In this document: positions 23,803-36,939 of the stretch, in pieces
How the letters are laid out: each line of letters begins with the position of its first letter
Position numbering within the stretch: the stretch's first letter is position 1
Assembly: GCF_018350175.1 (NCBI RefSeq)
Contig: NC_058378.1
Location: forward strand, 24,180,001-24,244,000
Direction: 5' to 3'
DNA: 64,000 nucleotides
Source: Felis catus
Lineage: Eukaryota
Translations under genes and position numbers: made by a program
The notes under the pieces: model-generated
What the model was told of the DNA's origin: nothing
Databases searched by the model: none
Seen by the model: the letters and a program-made list of their open reading frames with translations, nothing else

Positions 23803-24754
23803 AGTACTCTTAATTTTAGAGTCAACAGGTAGACAAAGCACAGAAGATAATCATAGTCATCCCTTATAACATGGAAGTACTAAAAACCGTAATTAACCAC
23901 ATGAAAAGAACATAGCTGAAAAAAGCAAGGAAAAAGTGTGTGCAGTCTACCTTCTTCACCAGAAGCCTTGCCTCAGGTTTCTGGTTGTGCAAACTTTAGC
24001 CTATACTCATGGTGATTATACAATTTATCATGTTGAGCAGCACACTTTTGAGAGTGAAAGTTTATTAATAATTGCATCAGAAAGCAGGCGAAAACAGAGA
24101 CTGTCCTATGCACACCAGGATGTATGATTCCCTTCCTGATCTTCCTGCTCAACTCAAGTTCCCAATTACAGAGTTTGCTGGAACAGTATGAATTCTCAGT
24201 TGTAAAAAAGTAAGCCCCATGTATCAGTCATAATTTGACAGCACAGAAGTGAAGAGTTACCAGCTCAAATGTTTGCCAAGACACATGGTTGAATCCGCTC
24301 TTTTTGACTATTGTTGCTAGTACCTACATATTTGGTTTTTATGATTAGAAATCTGCAGTTTTGGAAGAAGAAACTTCCAATGGCATGCTTTTGAATGGGG
24401 TCTTAGATCAAGAGAATCACATGTTCACTGTGTCAGAAAAGCTTTTGTTTGTTCAACAAGCATTTACTAAGTATGTTTTACGTGCTGGGCACTTTACAAG
24501 ACACTTGAGCTAGGGTGAGTTCAGACCTCTGGTGTGGGAGTTCCAGGTAATTTTCACATGTCTATGACTTTTCTGCATAATGATACTGTAGATTTCTTGA
24601 GGGCACAGCCTGTTCCTCATGCTTTCTATTTTTCATAGAACCAGGCACAGTGAGTAGAAGAAACTTCAGAATATTTGTTCCTATAAGATAGGATCATATT
24701 CTATCTAGTTTGGGACATAGCAGGTGTTCAATTATTGTTAAACAAATGACTACT

Positions 24755-24966
24755 GGAATGCCTGGGTGGCTCAGTTGGTTAAGCATCTGACTTCACCTCT
24801 GGTCATGATCTCACGGTTCGTGAGTTCAAGCCCTGGATCAGGCTCTGTGTTGACAGCTCAGAGCCTAGAGCCTGCTTTGGATTCTGTGTCTCCTTCTCTC
24901 TCTGTGCCTCCATATTCACTCTCTCTCTCTCAAAAGTAAATAATAGGAACACTAAAAAACTTTTTA
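24755..24966 (+). mobile_element. Can-SINE
   Basis: gcctgggtggctcagttggttaagcatctgact...CT tract, A-rich tail. Confidence 0.92.
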
Positions 24967-26589
24967 ATGAATGAATACTTCCTGTATAATTTATTTCTTC
25001 AGTGCTATTCCCTGGATAGGACAAAATCCAGTTTCCCACCCAAAAAGAAATAATCAATTGCTTAAGGAAGTCCTGTTTAGTTTGTTTCAAAAGTACTTTT
25101 ACTAGAGAAGTTGGGGGCTAAACTGAATTCCTGGCATGAGGTAACACTGTCTTGCTCTTCTCAAAATCAGTGACCTTACAACAGAGGCCAATGGGGAGAT
25201 TTTTTCCTTCTTAAGGCATATTTAGCACAGCCTTATTAGAAATGAAGTACATGTAATGGAAGTTTCTTTGCATCTCTTTCGAGATGTTGGTCAGGAATCC
25301 ATCATGACTGAGTTGTGCAGTATTTACGAAATTGTCAAGTTGAAGAACATATCTGCTCATTTTTTTTCACTCTGAAATTACTTCACTTAACAGAGGGGCT
25401 GAATTTGGCTGTTCTCTCATGATTTAAATGGCCTGCACCTCATTAGTGTTGCTAGCATTTATTTAATAAAATCAAATCAGAATAGCATTTAATTTAGTTT
25501 TAATAGGATAGTTAATATATGTTAACTAAATATCAATTGATTATTAAAGTGGAGAGTGCTGAGGTGTAACAAATATATGAGATATAAATCTTGTTGCTAT
25601 GCCATTAATTCAGAATTACATAAGCAATAAATGTCTAATTAGATTCTTAGTAGTGATGAGTTGTAAGCATTTATTGAGATTCAATAAGATCGATGTTATA
25701 GACTTGGGCTAAGGGCCACAGCTTAATTAACTCTTTCAGTCTTATTTTCACCCAACTTTGCTATTTTTTATTGTTCAAGACACTAAAGTAGAGGAGTAGG
25801 TGGGGGGAGGGAGGTGATCTGAGCAAAACACCTTATATAATTCCAGACTGAATAAGAGGACGTGATGACCATTCTCACATAGGCTTGGATTCCAGGACTT
25901 TGACTAATGGAATCACTGATTTCTAAGGTCCTTTCCTGCAGATAAGTTTGGAGATTCAGCATGAGGTGGCAGTGTAGTCAGACCATTTGCATCAGGTGAA
26001 AAGTGGGCCCAGAATTAATCCCATCCTGCATGGGGGAAGAACAGAAAATCTCTTATGCAGTGTGATTTTAGGAGTCCTTGCTACTCCAAAAATATCTATC
26101 CTACTTCTCTCTCACACTGTCTAAAACTCATTATGTAATTACTCCTTTGGGTTCAGGTTACTCTTTGATTTCTGGATTATGCAGGATGGGCAAAAAGTCG
26201 GGAAACATGAGCAATTATACAAGATAATGGATAATTGTCATAAAAAGACATGATATGTTCAATGATATTGCATAATGTAGTTACTGTGTTGTTCCTTGTT
26301 AAAAATATATATCTCAATGCACTGTGCAAAATTGCAAGAAACACACTTTGTTAATTCAGTGTTTCCATCAATCCCTGTATATTCACATGTGATATATTGC
26401 CTTATTTGTGTCTCTGATTTGCAGTGAATATACTTGTTTCTTTAGGGTGCCCCAGAAAAAGTAACCAAGTGGGTTTGATCTGTAAAAAAAATAATTTATC
26501 TGTGTCACCAGATTTTATGGCCACTTTGTATTTTAAGCCAGTATTAGACAGCTTTCTAACACCATTTGGAAAATTAATCAAACAATTTA

Positions 26590-26800
26590 TTTGGCATAAC
26601 ATCATAGATACTTTGGTTTTGGAATCAGACACACCTGAATTTGAGGTCTGTGGCCTGTTGCTGTTTTAGCTTCTGCATATGACTTAACCACTCTGGGAAG
26701 AATAATACTGATCCCATAGCATAAATGGGGAAATTAAATGAGATAATGTATTAACAGTGTCCAGCTCAAAGTCTCCTACATTATCTGAATAAAATAGATG
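26590..26800 (+). mobile_element. MIR
   Basis: ctttggttttggaatcagacacacctgaatttgagg...tgacttaaccactctggg...attaaatgagataatgta. Confidence 0.7.
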
Positions 26801-27734
26801 TTGATAACCTTTGTTCTTCTCTGATCACCTCTACCCCTTTCCCTAACTCCCATCCTATCTCATTGCCTTTAATGCACTAACATTATCCCCTCTCTCTCTC
26901 TCTTTTTTTTTGTTTTAGAGGGAGAGGATAGAATGCTATTTCTTAGATGGGCATAGGGCTTAATGCTCTAGAAGCTAGTGGTGGGAAGTGGAGGATGGAC
27001 ACAGAACCATGGCAAGAGAAGAGGGCAGAATGCTAGGAACTGATTCTTTGTTGTTTACATTTTTGCCATGGCCGACCCAGGGCTAGCTCAGATTTCCAAG
27101 GGACCCCATTCTGGAAAGGTTGCAGGCACCACATTGCTCTGTTGACAGAGGTTAAGTATATCTCCGAGCAGCTGCTTTCTCTACTGCAACTTCTCTGGGG
27201 GTAGGCCATTGCCTACAATTTGCATTCCTGGGTGAAACAGCACTGAGAAGTAGACATCAGAACCTGCATGGGGGTAGGCATTGGTCTCTGGGTTTATATA
27301 GTTGTTCAGGCATCACCACTTCATTCATCCATTCAATTATTCATTTGCAACATTCCCTAGAAGCTTTCTTTGTTTCAGGCCATCTGCTAATCCCTATGGA
27401 TACAGAGGTGACAGAGAGAGGCTCACAGTTCCACATGCCCACATTGCCTTCTCTTTGTATTTAGGAAATGCATGCCTGCTATAATAGGAACTCTCCAAAG
27501 GAAAGAAATCATTCAAATTCTCAACCGCAAATTCAAACCTAGTGAATAAGAAATTTAACTTTTTTTCTAGAAAATTTGGTATCAGAAGCTATGGGAATCT
27601 ATTTGGTATATATATTTTTCCTATTAATTTATTTCTCTCCTTGTTAGTGAGACTTGGGTACAGGAATCCAGCTGTGGGAAAGGTCTGATTACCCAGGATT
27701 TTTTCTCCTTCCTCCTCTTCATCTCCTTCTCCTT

Positions 27735-27881
27735 NNNNNNNNNNNNNNNNNNNNNNNNNNNNNNNNNNNNNNNNNNNNNNNNNNNNNNNNNNNNNNNNNN
27801 NNNNNNNNNNNNNNNNNNNNNNNNNNNNNNNNNNNNNNNNNNNNNNNNNNNNNNNNNNNNNNNNNNNNNNNNNNNNNNNNN
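27735..27881. other. N block 5 (147 nt)
   Basis: Run of N preceded by a CT-rich tract. Confidence 0.99.
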
Positions 27882-29963
27882 TCCACCAAAAATTGAACAA
27901 GAAAATAATTAATTAGGTAAATTTTATTCCTTTTAACAGCAAATATTTTCTATGTCTCATACAGTGTTCTTCTAAGCTCTATCAGGGATATAAAGAGACA
28001 CAGGGAACATTCCCTGCCTTCATGGCATTTTCTCAACCTTCTGAAAGAGACAGAATTCACTGGCCTGAAAAGATAGAAACCAACTGTGTATGAAACTTTG
28101 TGGTTCTAGCTACTATGAGAGACCAGAGATGGAAAGAAGCACAGTGCACCGGGTCCTCTAGGTAAAATGCTGACAGAAGGAGAAGAACGAAGACATAACT
28201 AAGTTTCTAGCAGCATTACATTTTTCTTTAAATTAAACATCCTTAACCCCCCAAACAAATCTCTGAGACAGGCATTAGCCCCATTTAATCTATGTAAAAG
28301 CAAAGATGGAGAGAAGTTGTAGTCATATTTCTTAACCTCTCTATAATCTCATAGTAGTTAAGTGTGAAGCTTCAGTTTGATTCAGAAATAATTTGTCTTC
28401 AGAGCTTCCTCACATAGAGCACTCTGGGACACTGAATGAGGCTTGAACCAACTCTTGAAAGATGGGTAGGGTTTGCCTCATTATGTGGGAGGAGGAAAAA
28501 CATTTCAAGAAACACTAGCCATTTGGAGGATAGTGAGTATAGGTTGATGAGACCAAAGTGGACCGGGGATAGTGAGAGAAAATATTTTAAGTTAGCTGTA
28601 TTGCCTGGCATGTTTCAGGAGAATAACTGGTACTCATAGTTGTACCAATGTTTAAGGATTTTAGTAGTCAATAAAGATCTAAAAATATTTATCTTCTTTA
28701 TATAACATAGCTTTGCACTGGATACAGAAGTCCATTGCTCTTGCTACTTCGCTTGCAAGATGCTGTGTTGGGGCCCAAGTGAGAAGTAAATCAACTGCAC
28801 ACTGACACCTGCAATTTGACATATTTTGTGATTTATATGATTCAGGAACAAACAAATGCTTTCTGGGGACCGTGGACCTTTGAAAGTGAAGAGATAGTTT
28901 AACAGTCCCCCGGAAAGATATGCATATCATGAGCCCACACCCTCCTAATGAATTGGCCTCAAAATACATAAAACAAAATTTGAGAGAACTACGAAGAGAG
29001 GCGAATCCAGAATCATGGAGATTCTAATACGTTTGTCCCAGAACCTGATAAAACTAGTAAAAGTGTAGAAGATTTGCACAACGTAACTTAAAAGCTCAAT
29101 CTAATGGTAAATATGGAACCTTGTGCACAGCAGACCAAGAATGCATTCTTTTAAAGAACCCATTGAATGTTTATAAAAATTAATCACACACTGGGTCATG
29201 AGAATAGTCTCAACAAATTCCAAAGAATCTATTCATATGGTCTATGTTACCTAACCACAAAGAAATAATTAAATTAGAAAAAAAAACCAATAAAAAGACA
29301 ATTAAAAACAACAGCAGTTGTCATACCTTTAGGGGGTAAACATACTTCTAAAAAACTCAAGTGTTAAAGAGGACAAATATGGAAAATAAAGACTAGTACT
29401 GAGTTAAAATGATAGTATTACATTTTAAAATGTAGCTAAAAGGAGTACTCAGTAGAAAATTTGCTGTCTATAAGTGCCAATAAAATTTTGTGTCAATAAT
29501 TTTTCAGGAAATTTGAAAAATTTTATTTTTCATAAGAAGTCAGAAAATAATAGAACAATAGTTAATAGCTAAAACTACTCTCAAATAAGAACGAAAAGTA
29601 CAGTCTTGTGCTGTGTGACATCCAGATTAGTTATAAAGCTATAGTAATTAAAGTAAAGAAATGTGGTATTGGTGCATGGATAGACAAACAAATCATTGGA
29701 ACAAAACAGAGACTCTTGGAATGAAACCAAGCATATATAGGCCCTAGGTACATTAGATACCTGGGGAGGGGTGGTGGTGGTGGTGGTAGAAATTAGATAA
29801 ATCAGAGAGATGGCTTTAACAAATAAATAACTCTTCATATAAAAAATTGGTTTTCATATAAAAAAATAAGATTAGATCACTGCCTCACATCATACTAATA
29901 ACAATCTCACAATGGATTAAAAACCATAATATGAAAAAAACCCTTTAAAACTATTAGAAGAAT

Positions 29964-30192
29964 GAGGCACCTGGATGACTCAGTCGATTAAGCATATGAC
30001 TCTTGGTTTCAGCTCAGGTCATGATCTTGCGGTTTGTGAGTTCAAGCCCTGTGTTAGGTTCTGTGCTGATAGTGAAGAGTGTGCTTGGGATTCTCCCTCT
30101 CCTTCTCTCTCTCTGTCACTCCCCATCTTGCGCTCTCTCTGTCTCTCAAAAGATAAAGAAAGAAACATAAAAAAAATTTAAAACCTTCAAAA
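29964..30192 (+). mobile_element. Can-SINE inserted in old L1
   Basis: gcacctggatgactcagtcgattaagc...; TSD tattagaagaa at 29952-29962 and 30196-30206. Confidence 0.9.
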
Positions 30193-31294
30193 AATATTAG
30201 AAGAAGATATTAGAGAACATTTCATGATCTCAGGATAGGGAATGATTTCTCTAGGCAAAACAGCAAAAGCTTAAATTAAAACAAAAAAAATATTTAATTT
30301 GATTATTCAACATTTTCTAAAGTCATGATAAAGTTAAAATACAAGAGACAAAGTGGAAGGAACAAAGGTACTGTGTTCTAATACACACGACAAAGGATTG
30401 TCATCTAGAATGACATATATTACATATAAATGAGAAAAAGACAAAAAAACTAAAAGAAAATCATCAAAGGATACAAATAATCAATTTTTAGAGGAGTAAA
30501 TTTGAATACCCAAAATAAGAAAGAAAATGGCATCCACACGTAAGTGTAAATGAGTACCAGTGAGATTGGGAAAACCTGAATAAGATCAGTACAGTATCAA
30601 TGTCAAGATTGGTACTGTATCAATGTTAATATCCTGGATGTGATGTTATACTATAGTTCTGCAAAATATTACCGCAGGGAAAATGGCAAAATGCTCAAAG
30701 GATCCCTTCATATTATTTCTTACAACTTCAAATTAATCTACAATTATATCCATAAAATTTTTCAATGTAAATATACATATAAAAAGATACTCTCATTAGT
30801 TATCAAAGAACTCAATTTTTAAACGTAATGCTATTTTATGCACATAAATTTGGTAAAAGTTAAGAATTGCAACCATAACCAGTGTTGGCAAGGAAGTGAC
30901 TATTTAGAGAAAAGGGAATTCTAGTATTTTGCTGGTGGGAGTATAATTTGGGGAGGAATTTTGCAATAACTCTTAAAATTGAAAGTGTGCATATTCAACA
31001 AATTTACTTGTAGGTTGTATATCCTGGATATATTATTTTGCTAGTGCCCAAAGGGACATATACAAGGATGTTACTGCAATTGGTAATATTAAAAATTGAA
31101 AACAACGGAAATATCCATGAATGGAAGAACGAATAAGTAAATTGAAGTATACAATGGAATACTAGACAGCAACTAAAATGAATTAACTGGATTATTTTGT
31201 ATCAACATGATATCTCTCAAAGACATAATATTGATCGAGAAAATCAAACTGTGGAGTGTTCTATACACTATGAAACCATTCACTGTAAGTTTTA

Positions 31295-31521
31295 CTTATT
31301 TATTTTTAATTTTTTAAATATTTATTCATTTTTGAGAGAGAGAGAGAGAGACAGAGCATGTATGGAGGAGGGGCAAAGGGAGAGGAGACACAGACCCCAA
31401 GCAGACTCCAGGCTCTGAACTCTCAGCACAGATCCCGATGCGGGACTTGAACCCACAAACTGTGAGATCATGACCTGAGCTGAAGTTGAATGCTCGGCTG
31501 ACTGAGCCACCCAGGTGCCCC
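31295..31521 (-). mobile_element. SINEC_Fc with 17-bp TSD
   Basis: TSD attcactgt(a/c)agtttta at 31278-31294 and 31522-31538. Confidence 0.94.
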
Positions 31522-32124
31522 ATTCACTGTCAGTTTTAAACACACAAGACAATATTCTATATTGTTTATAAAATCATATGAAACAAGATATTAAAATAAG
31601 CTTTTCTGTTTCTTTTTAAACTGAGACCCCAAATCAAAAAGCAGAAGTGCTCCCACATTTTAAAAAGAGATGCTAGACCAGTGGTGCAGGACTTACAGAG
31701 AAGTAATTTGAAGCCCAGCTATGTGGTGATCGATCACAACTTTAATCTTTAAAAAAGGATGAAGAGGTGGAGATAATGGAGATTAGAGAAAGGTTTGCTC
31801 TGGAATATCTGGAATAAACATCCATAAGAGTCCCCTTCTATCATTTTGAGAAAGGGGAGGTGCACAGTTTTATTTTAAGCCAGATGAGAGGGGCTTTGCT
31901 GGGACCACTCGGAGGTCAATGGTCTCCAGGTTGTTGAACACAGTGGGCTGGTATGAGGCCAAACCTGAACAATCAGGGGTGAAGAGAACATGGTTGCAGC
32001 TCAGTGTGCAAAGGTCCAGTGAGGACAAGGGCTGTACTGGAGTCCAGAATGCATGAGTCCTTCCCATGGACAAAGTGAGCCATGAAGAAGAGCCTACCAT
32101 TAATGGACTCATCAATGGATTGAC

Positions 32125-32945
32125 TCATTAATTAATTAATTAATTAATTAATTCAACAAATACTTATAAAGTGCCTATTATGTACCAAGTACTCTTTTAA
32201 GTATTTAAATCAGTGAAAAAATAGACAATAATTCTTGCTTTCACTGAGGTTACATTTCAGCTGGGAGAGACAAATCAAGAAATAATAAACACAATGAATA
32301 ATTGAATTATACAGTGTAATAAGAGTAATAATACAATGTGATAAATACTACAGGAAAAATAGAGCAGAATAAGGGGCATTGGAAGTTCTAGGGAAAGATG
32401 GGTGAATAGGGTGTGACTGTAAATAAGGGTGTCAGAGTGGCCTTTATTGAAAAGATAAGATTTGGGTGCATTTGGAGCAGGTAAGATAATCTACCATACT
32501 TAGAGCAAAACCTGTTCTAGACAGAGAGAATAGCCAGGTAGAATGCCCTAGAAGGGATCATGAACTGCATGTCCAAAGCTCAGGGAGGGGCCAGAGGCTG
32601 GAGTAGAGGGAGCAGGAGGTGAGAGGAAGGAGATGAAATCTGAGGTCAGAGAGGTAATGGGCCGGCAAGGGGGAATGGATGGGCAGATTATGAAGGACTG
32701 TACAGGCTCTTATGAGTTCTTCTTCTTTTACTCTGAGTGGAAACTGGAGTCCTGCAGGGCTTTGAGCCGAAGTGTGATCTGCTGGTGCTTAAATGGCTGC
32801 TGCATTGAGAATAGACTGGTGACAAGAGGTAGATGAGGGGTGGCCAGCTGGGAAGATTAATCGCAGTGATCCAGGGGAAAGATGATGGAGTTCAGGCAAG
32901 GGCAGTAGGAGTGAAGGTGGCAAGAGGCAGGTGGAGTCTGGGAAA
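32125..32945 (-). mobile_element. L2 (about 800 bp) ending in an (ATTA)n tract
   Basis: attcaacaaatacttataaagtgcctattatgtacc...gaggtcagagaggtaatggg...gattaatcgcagtgatccagggg; (ATTA)n at about 32127-32152. Confidence 0.8.
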
Positions 32946-32999
32946 AACTCACACAGGCAAGAGTGAACTTACATGAGCACAGCTGGACCAGATCATTGA

Positions 33000-34210
33000 A
33001 CGACACAAAACAATACTTTAACAAATAGGAAACATAGCATATCCTAGGATAGGAAGGCAACATTACACAGATGATCATTCTCTGTTAATTAATTTAGAAA
33101 TATAATGCAACCCCAAGAAAAATACCAATAGTTTGTAAAGATATTTAAATGGGACAGGCTGGGGGTGGGAGGGAGGGAAGGGTGGGTGATGGGTATTGAG
33201 GAGGGCACCTGTTGGGATGAGCACTGAGTGTTGTATGGAAACCAATTTGACAATTAATTTCATATTAAAACAATAAAAAATAAGAAATAATAAAAAAATA
33301 AATGGGACAGACTGATTCTAATGTCTAGTGGAAAGATTGATAAATTTGACAGTACAATAAGAAGAAATGTCTTCATGGAAAAACGCATCACAAATGAAGA
33401 GAAAAGAGAAATGACAAATTGGGAACAGAGTTTCAAACTCCTATAACTGATTTTGCTAATATACAGTGACCTCCTACAAATAAGTAAGCCAGTTGACAAC
33501 TCAATGGAAAAATGGACAAAGATGATGAGTGGGCAATTAGAAGAAAATACGCATCGATTTTAAGTATATGAAACAATTCTCAACCTCACTCAGAAAGTAA
33601 AAAAAAAAAAAAACCTCAGTGTAAAACCATTTGTCATCTATCACGTGGGCAGAGATCAAAAAGGCTGATAACATGCATCATGGGCCAGATTCTAGGAAAT
33701 GGGCTTGCTCTTGCATTGCACATGGAAGTGTCAACTGTTACTCCCACTAAAGAGTAATTTGAAAAGTGCCTCTAAGGTCCTTTGATCTAGAAATATCCCT
33801 TTTAGGACTTCCCGATAGATATGCCTTCATTAAAGCCGAGTAACAGATGTACAAGAGTATTCACTGTAGTATTGTTTTGAATATGGAGAAATGAAAATCT
33901 GTTTAAATATCTATAGACACGGGACTGGTTAAGTAGTGTCCATGGCAGCATGCACGGGGACATGAGATAGAGCTCTAAAACAATGGGGCAGTGATAGATA
34001 CTGATGTGCAAAGCCCCCTGAGATAGATTCCATGGAAAAAGCAGAACAAATCAACGTGTAAAACATACTTCAGTTTGTTAAAGACACACATACGTGCTGT
34101 GCATTCCTGGAATAAGGTCCCCTCTTAGAACAGGAACTAGGCAGCAAGAACAGGGAGACTTGTTTTCATGAGGCGTTCCTTTTGAATTTTGTACCATGTG
34201 CCTGATTTGC
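33000..34210 (+). mobile_element. Ancient L1ME-type fragments
   Basis: aaatataatgcaaccccaagaaaaataccaatag; gacaaattgggaacagag; aatggacaaagatg...gggcaatt; gatgtacaagagtattcactgtagtattgtt. Confidence 0.65.
33158..33298 (+). mobile_element. 5'-truncated young feline L1 3' end (141 bp) with 12-bp TSD
   Basis: G-rich 3'UTR, gggatgagcactgagtgttgtatggaaaccaatttgacaat, A-tail; TSD taaatgggacag at 33146-33157 and 33299-33310. Confidence 0.92.
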
Positions 34211-34439
34211 TGATTTAAAAATATAAGTGACTTTTAAAAAGTCAAAGTAGATGTGTGAAGAACACAGGCAAATTGATTAGAGATCAAGAAAATTGTGGCT
34301 TTAGAGGTGTCATCATGGTTCTCTGAGGTGAGTACGGAAATGAAACGAGTCAACACTTAAGTGGAACTGTTTTATGTTGGGTTTTTGTGTGTGTGTGTGG
34401 GGGGGGGTTTGAAAATCATTCTGCAAATTCACTTGAAAT

Positions 34440-34453
34440 CCACCAGATGGCAC
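34440..34453 (+). promoter_or_regulatory. Consensus CTCF core motif CCACCAGATGGCAC
   Basis: 14/14 match to CCASYAGRKGGCRS in non-repeat sequence; binding not shown. Confidence 0.45.
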
Positions 34454-35714
34454 AAGAAAATACAGTGTGAACAAAACTGGAGTGGTTGGTGCAGGTAACA
34501 AATCAGAGTTGGTGAGGAACCAGATGGAGGAGAACAAAGGGTCGCTCCAGACTGCGCCCTGACACATCCAAATTTTGGTCTAGCCAGGGGCCTCGGGGGC
34601 ATGATATTGTCGCTTGGCAGACAGGTGATGCTGGGGAATAGTCAGGTGGTGCTGATGATCATAAACATAGAATTATCTGTACATCACAGCTTCAGCATGA
34701 ATGGCTTATTAAACGTTCATTTCTTCAATGTAGAATTCTCTTTTTCTTCACCCCTCCTTAATCCATACTTAATGCCTTATGAAAAGAGGTATTTGTTTCT
34801 TGGTAAGCCACGTTTCTTTAATTAAAGGAGGAGGGTTGGAAGAGGTCTACTGGAAAAGGAGAAAACTCTGGTTTCACAATATGCACTATTTATGAGGGTG
34901 CTTTGCTGTTGAAACCCTATTAGAGGCCAGCCCGGCCCAGTTTGCCTCTTGCCCTCCCAGGAGACAATTACTGTCCTGCATAACAATTTGAAGCAAATAT
35001 CGGATGTGGTCGAAAGAACAGTTGCGGCCCTCTCTCCGGCAACCGTTTCTGCTTAGATTTCTTAATTGTTTCCACCACTTCCTTTCCTTGGCTTGTGGCC
35101 TTCTGGGTTCCGTAGGATCCTGCATTTTAATAAAAGCCTCCCGTCCGCTCTGGAATTCACATGTGCAAGCAGACACCCCCTGGACCCTGGAGACGCAGCA
35201 CCTTAGAGCAGAGCTTTCGGCCAAACTCGTTCGGTGCTTGTGCACTTGTGAGTCTTATAGAAGCCACACCTTCTTTGCCTTCTGGACCCATGGGAAGAAG
35301 GTATAGTGGGTCCCAGCTGCCCCTTGCCTTCCTTGTCAACACAGCTTTCCCTCCCCTCCAGGCCCAGCGTTCTGGTTTGTTCTTAGTCTGATGAGACCAT
35401 TGCCAACTCATCTTCCTTCCGATCTGTTTCAGTGGTGGCCTTCTGGGAGATTTTGCAGGGTAAAACGGGACATCAAAGAAAGGAACTGGGCAGGATGATT
35501 CTTTAGTGGTGCAGTTTTTAGCACTGAAGTATCCAGGTAGGGAGATGTTTGGGGGATATCTAGGGTTACCACACTGGATAATCCACTTTTTTTTCCCCAC
35601 TAAAATGAGAGAGCCCAGCCCTGTTACTGCCACTGCCTCTGACTTGCAGGCAAGATGCTGGAACAGAAGGCTTTGTGGGGCAGCCTGGACCAGGGGTCAG
35701 TGTGCAGGACCATG

Positions 35715-35900
35715 AACCAGCCGGGTCTCATCTCAGCCCTGTGACCTCAGGTTAGGAACATACTTAACTATCCTGGGCCTTAGTGTCCTCATCTCTGCCA
35801 TGGGGATGACAGCATTGGTCAAGCCCTGCTCAAAGAACTGTCATAAAGAGGAATAAAATTGCTTATTTAAGAGAATTTCAAGATTGTAAATGTTCTGCAT
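35715..35900 (+). mobile_element. MIR
   Basis: tctcagccctgtgacctcagg...cttaactatcctgggccttagtgtcctcatct...atggggatgacag. Confidence 0.7.
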
Positions 35901-36266
35901 CCAAGGGATATCAAAACGGCAACTAAAACCACAGGGGAACCAGCTTATGTATTGGGAGGCACATTGGTCAAAATATTACGGCTGTGGTGGCATGTGTGAA
36001 ACAGAGATGCTCATGGCTTCCACTGCATGTGAGGTGAGCAGAGCCCACGGCTGAGGCCACATGCTGGGCTCTGGGTGGTTGTGCTGTTCCCTCTGACCAG
36101 GCTGAATGCAAGGGAACTCCTTTTGCCAGAGATAAAGAGCTGCCTTTAGGGAGTTGAGACCTTTTAGTTAAAATACCATGCAAAATGATGATAGAGGTGT
36201 TACCGCAGTGTTTCTTGTCCAAGCATGACAAACCAAAATACAAAACATGCATTTCCCTAGTTGTAT

Positions 36267-36671
36267 TTTTTTTTTTTTAGGGAGAGGGCGTGTGAGCAAC
36301 CAAGAGGGGCAGAGGGAGAATTTTTGTTTATTCTTTTTTTTAAATTTTATTTTATTCATGTTGAGAGAGAAAGGGAGAGTAGGGGAGGGGCAGAGACAGA
36401 AGGAGAGAGAGAGAATCCCAAACAGGCCACTTACTGTCAGTGCAGAACCCCACTCAGGGCTCGAACCTTGAGATCATGACCTGAATGGAAGTCAAGAGTC
36501 GGACACTTAACCAAAGGAGCCACCCATGAGCCCCAGGGAGGGAGAGAATCTTAAGCAAGCTCCATGCTCAGTACAAAGCCCTACTCGGGGCTCAATCCCA
36601 TCCTCCTAGAATCACGACCTAAGCCTAAATCAAGAGTCGGTGCTCAGCTGACTGGGCCACCCAGGCGCCCC
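36267..36671 (-). mobile_element. Can-SINE with a second Can-SINE (about 36312-36534) nested in it
   Basis: Two SINE 5' ends (36534 and 36671); outer TSD tccctagttgtat at 36254-36266 and 36672-36684. Confidence 0.85.
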
Positions 36672-36939
36672 TCCCTAGTTGTATCTTAAATAGTTCTCAG
36701 CCTCTGCCAGTTATGTACCACAATTTCTTTGTTTTTCCAATGGGCTTATAAAGGTAGTCATTAGCAAGTCTGTAACTGCATAGTCTGCAAAGTCACCATC
36801 TATGCAAACCAAGTTGCTGTATTCTTCTACAGTCTGCAGCAGTATCCTATTTCCTTTTGTTTTCAGAGACCACCCTCACCTTTAGTGAAACATCGTATGC
36901 CACCTTGCATGGCTCGGTAGCAGTCTGTAGAATACAAAG

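Larger units (their letters stand above)
28910..31600 (+). mobile_element. Ancient L1 (L1M/L1ME) ORF2-to-3' relic, fragmented, with inserted SINEs and another L1 3' piece (about 30545-30780)
   Basis: Endonuclease-region motifs (cctcaaaatacataaaacaaaatttgagagaact; aattaatcacacactgggtcatg), later ORF2 motifs (ataaagctatagtaattaaag...tggtattggtgcatggatagacaaac), 3' motifs (atacaaggatgttactgca...tatccatgaatgg). Confidence 0.8.

Noticed and set aside
25861-25920. GTGATGA...CTGA as a C/D-box snoRNA
   Set aside because: Short, with no convincing terminal stem or internal D'/C' boxes; such box pairs arise by chance.
30584-30629. 23-bp imperfect tandem duplication
   Set aside because: Lies within an old L1 3' fragment; ordinary.
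35385-35440. CTGATGAG as a hammerhead ribozyme core
   Set aside because: No GAAA after the putative stem II and no stems I or III.
35157-35633. 158-aa and neighbouring 119-aa minus-strand ORFs as a gene
   Set aside because: No recognisable domain; they overlap open frames on the other strand and are explained by local GC richness.
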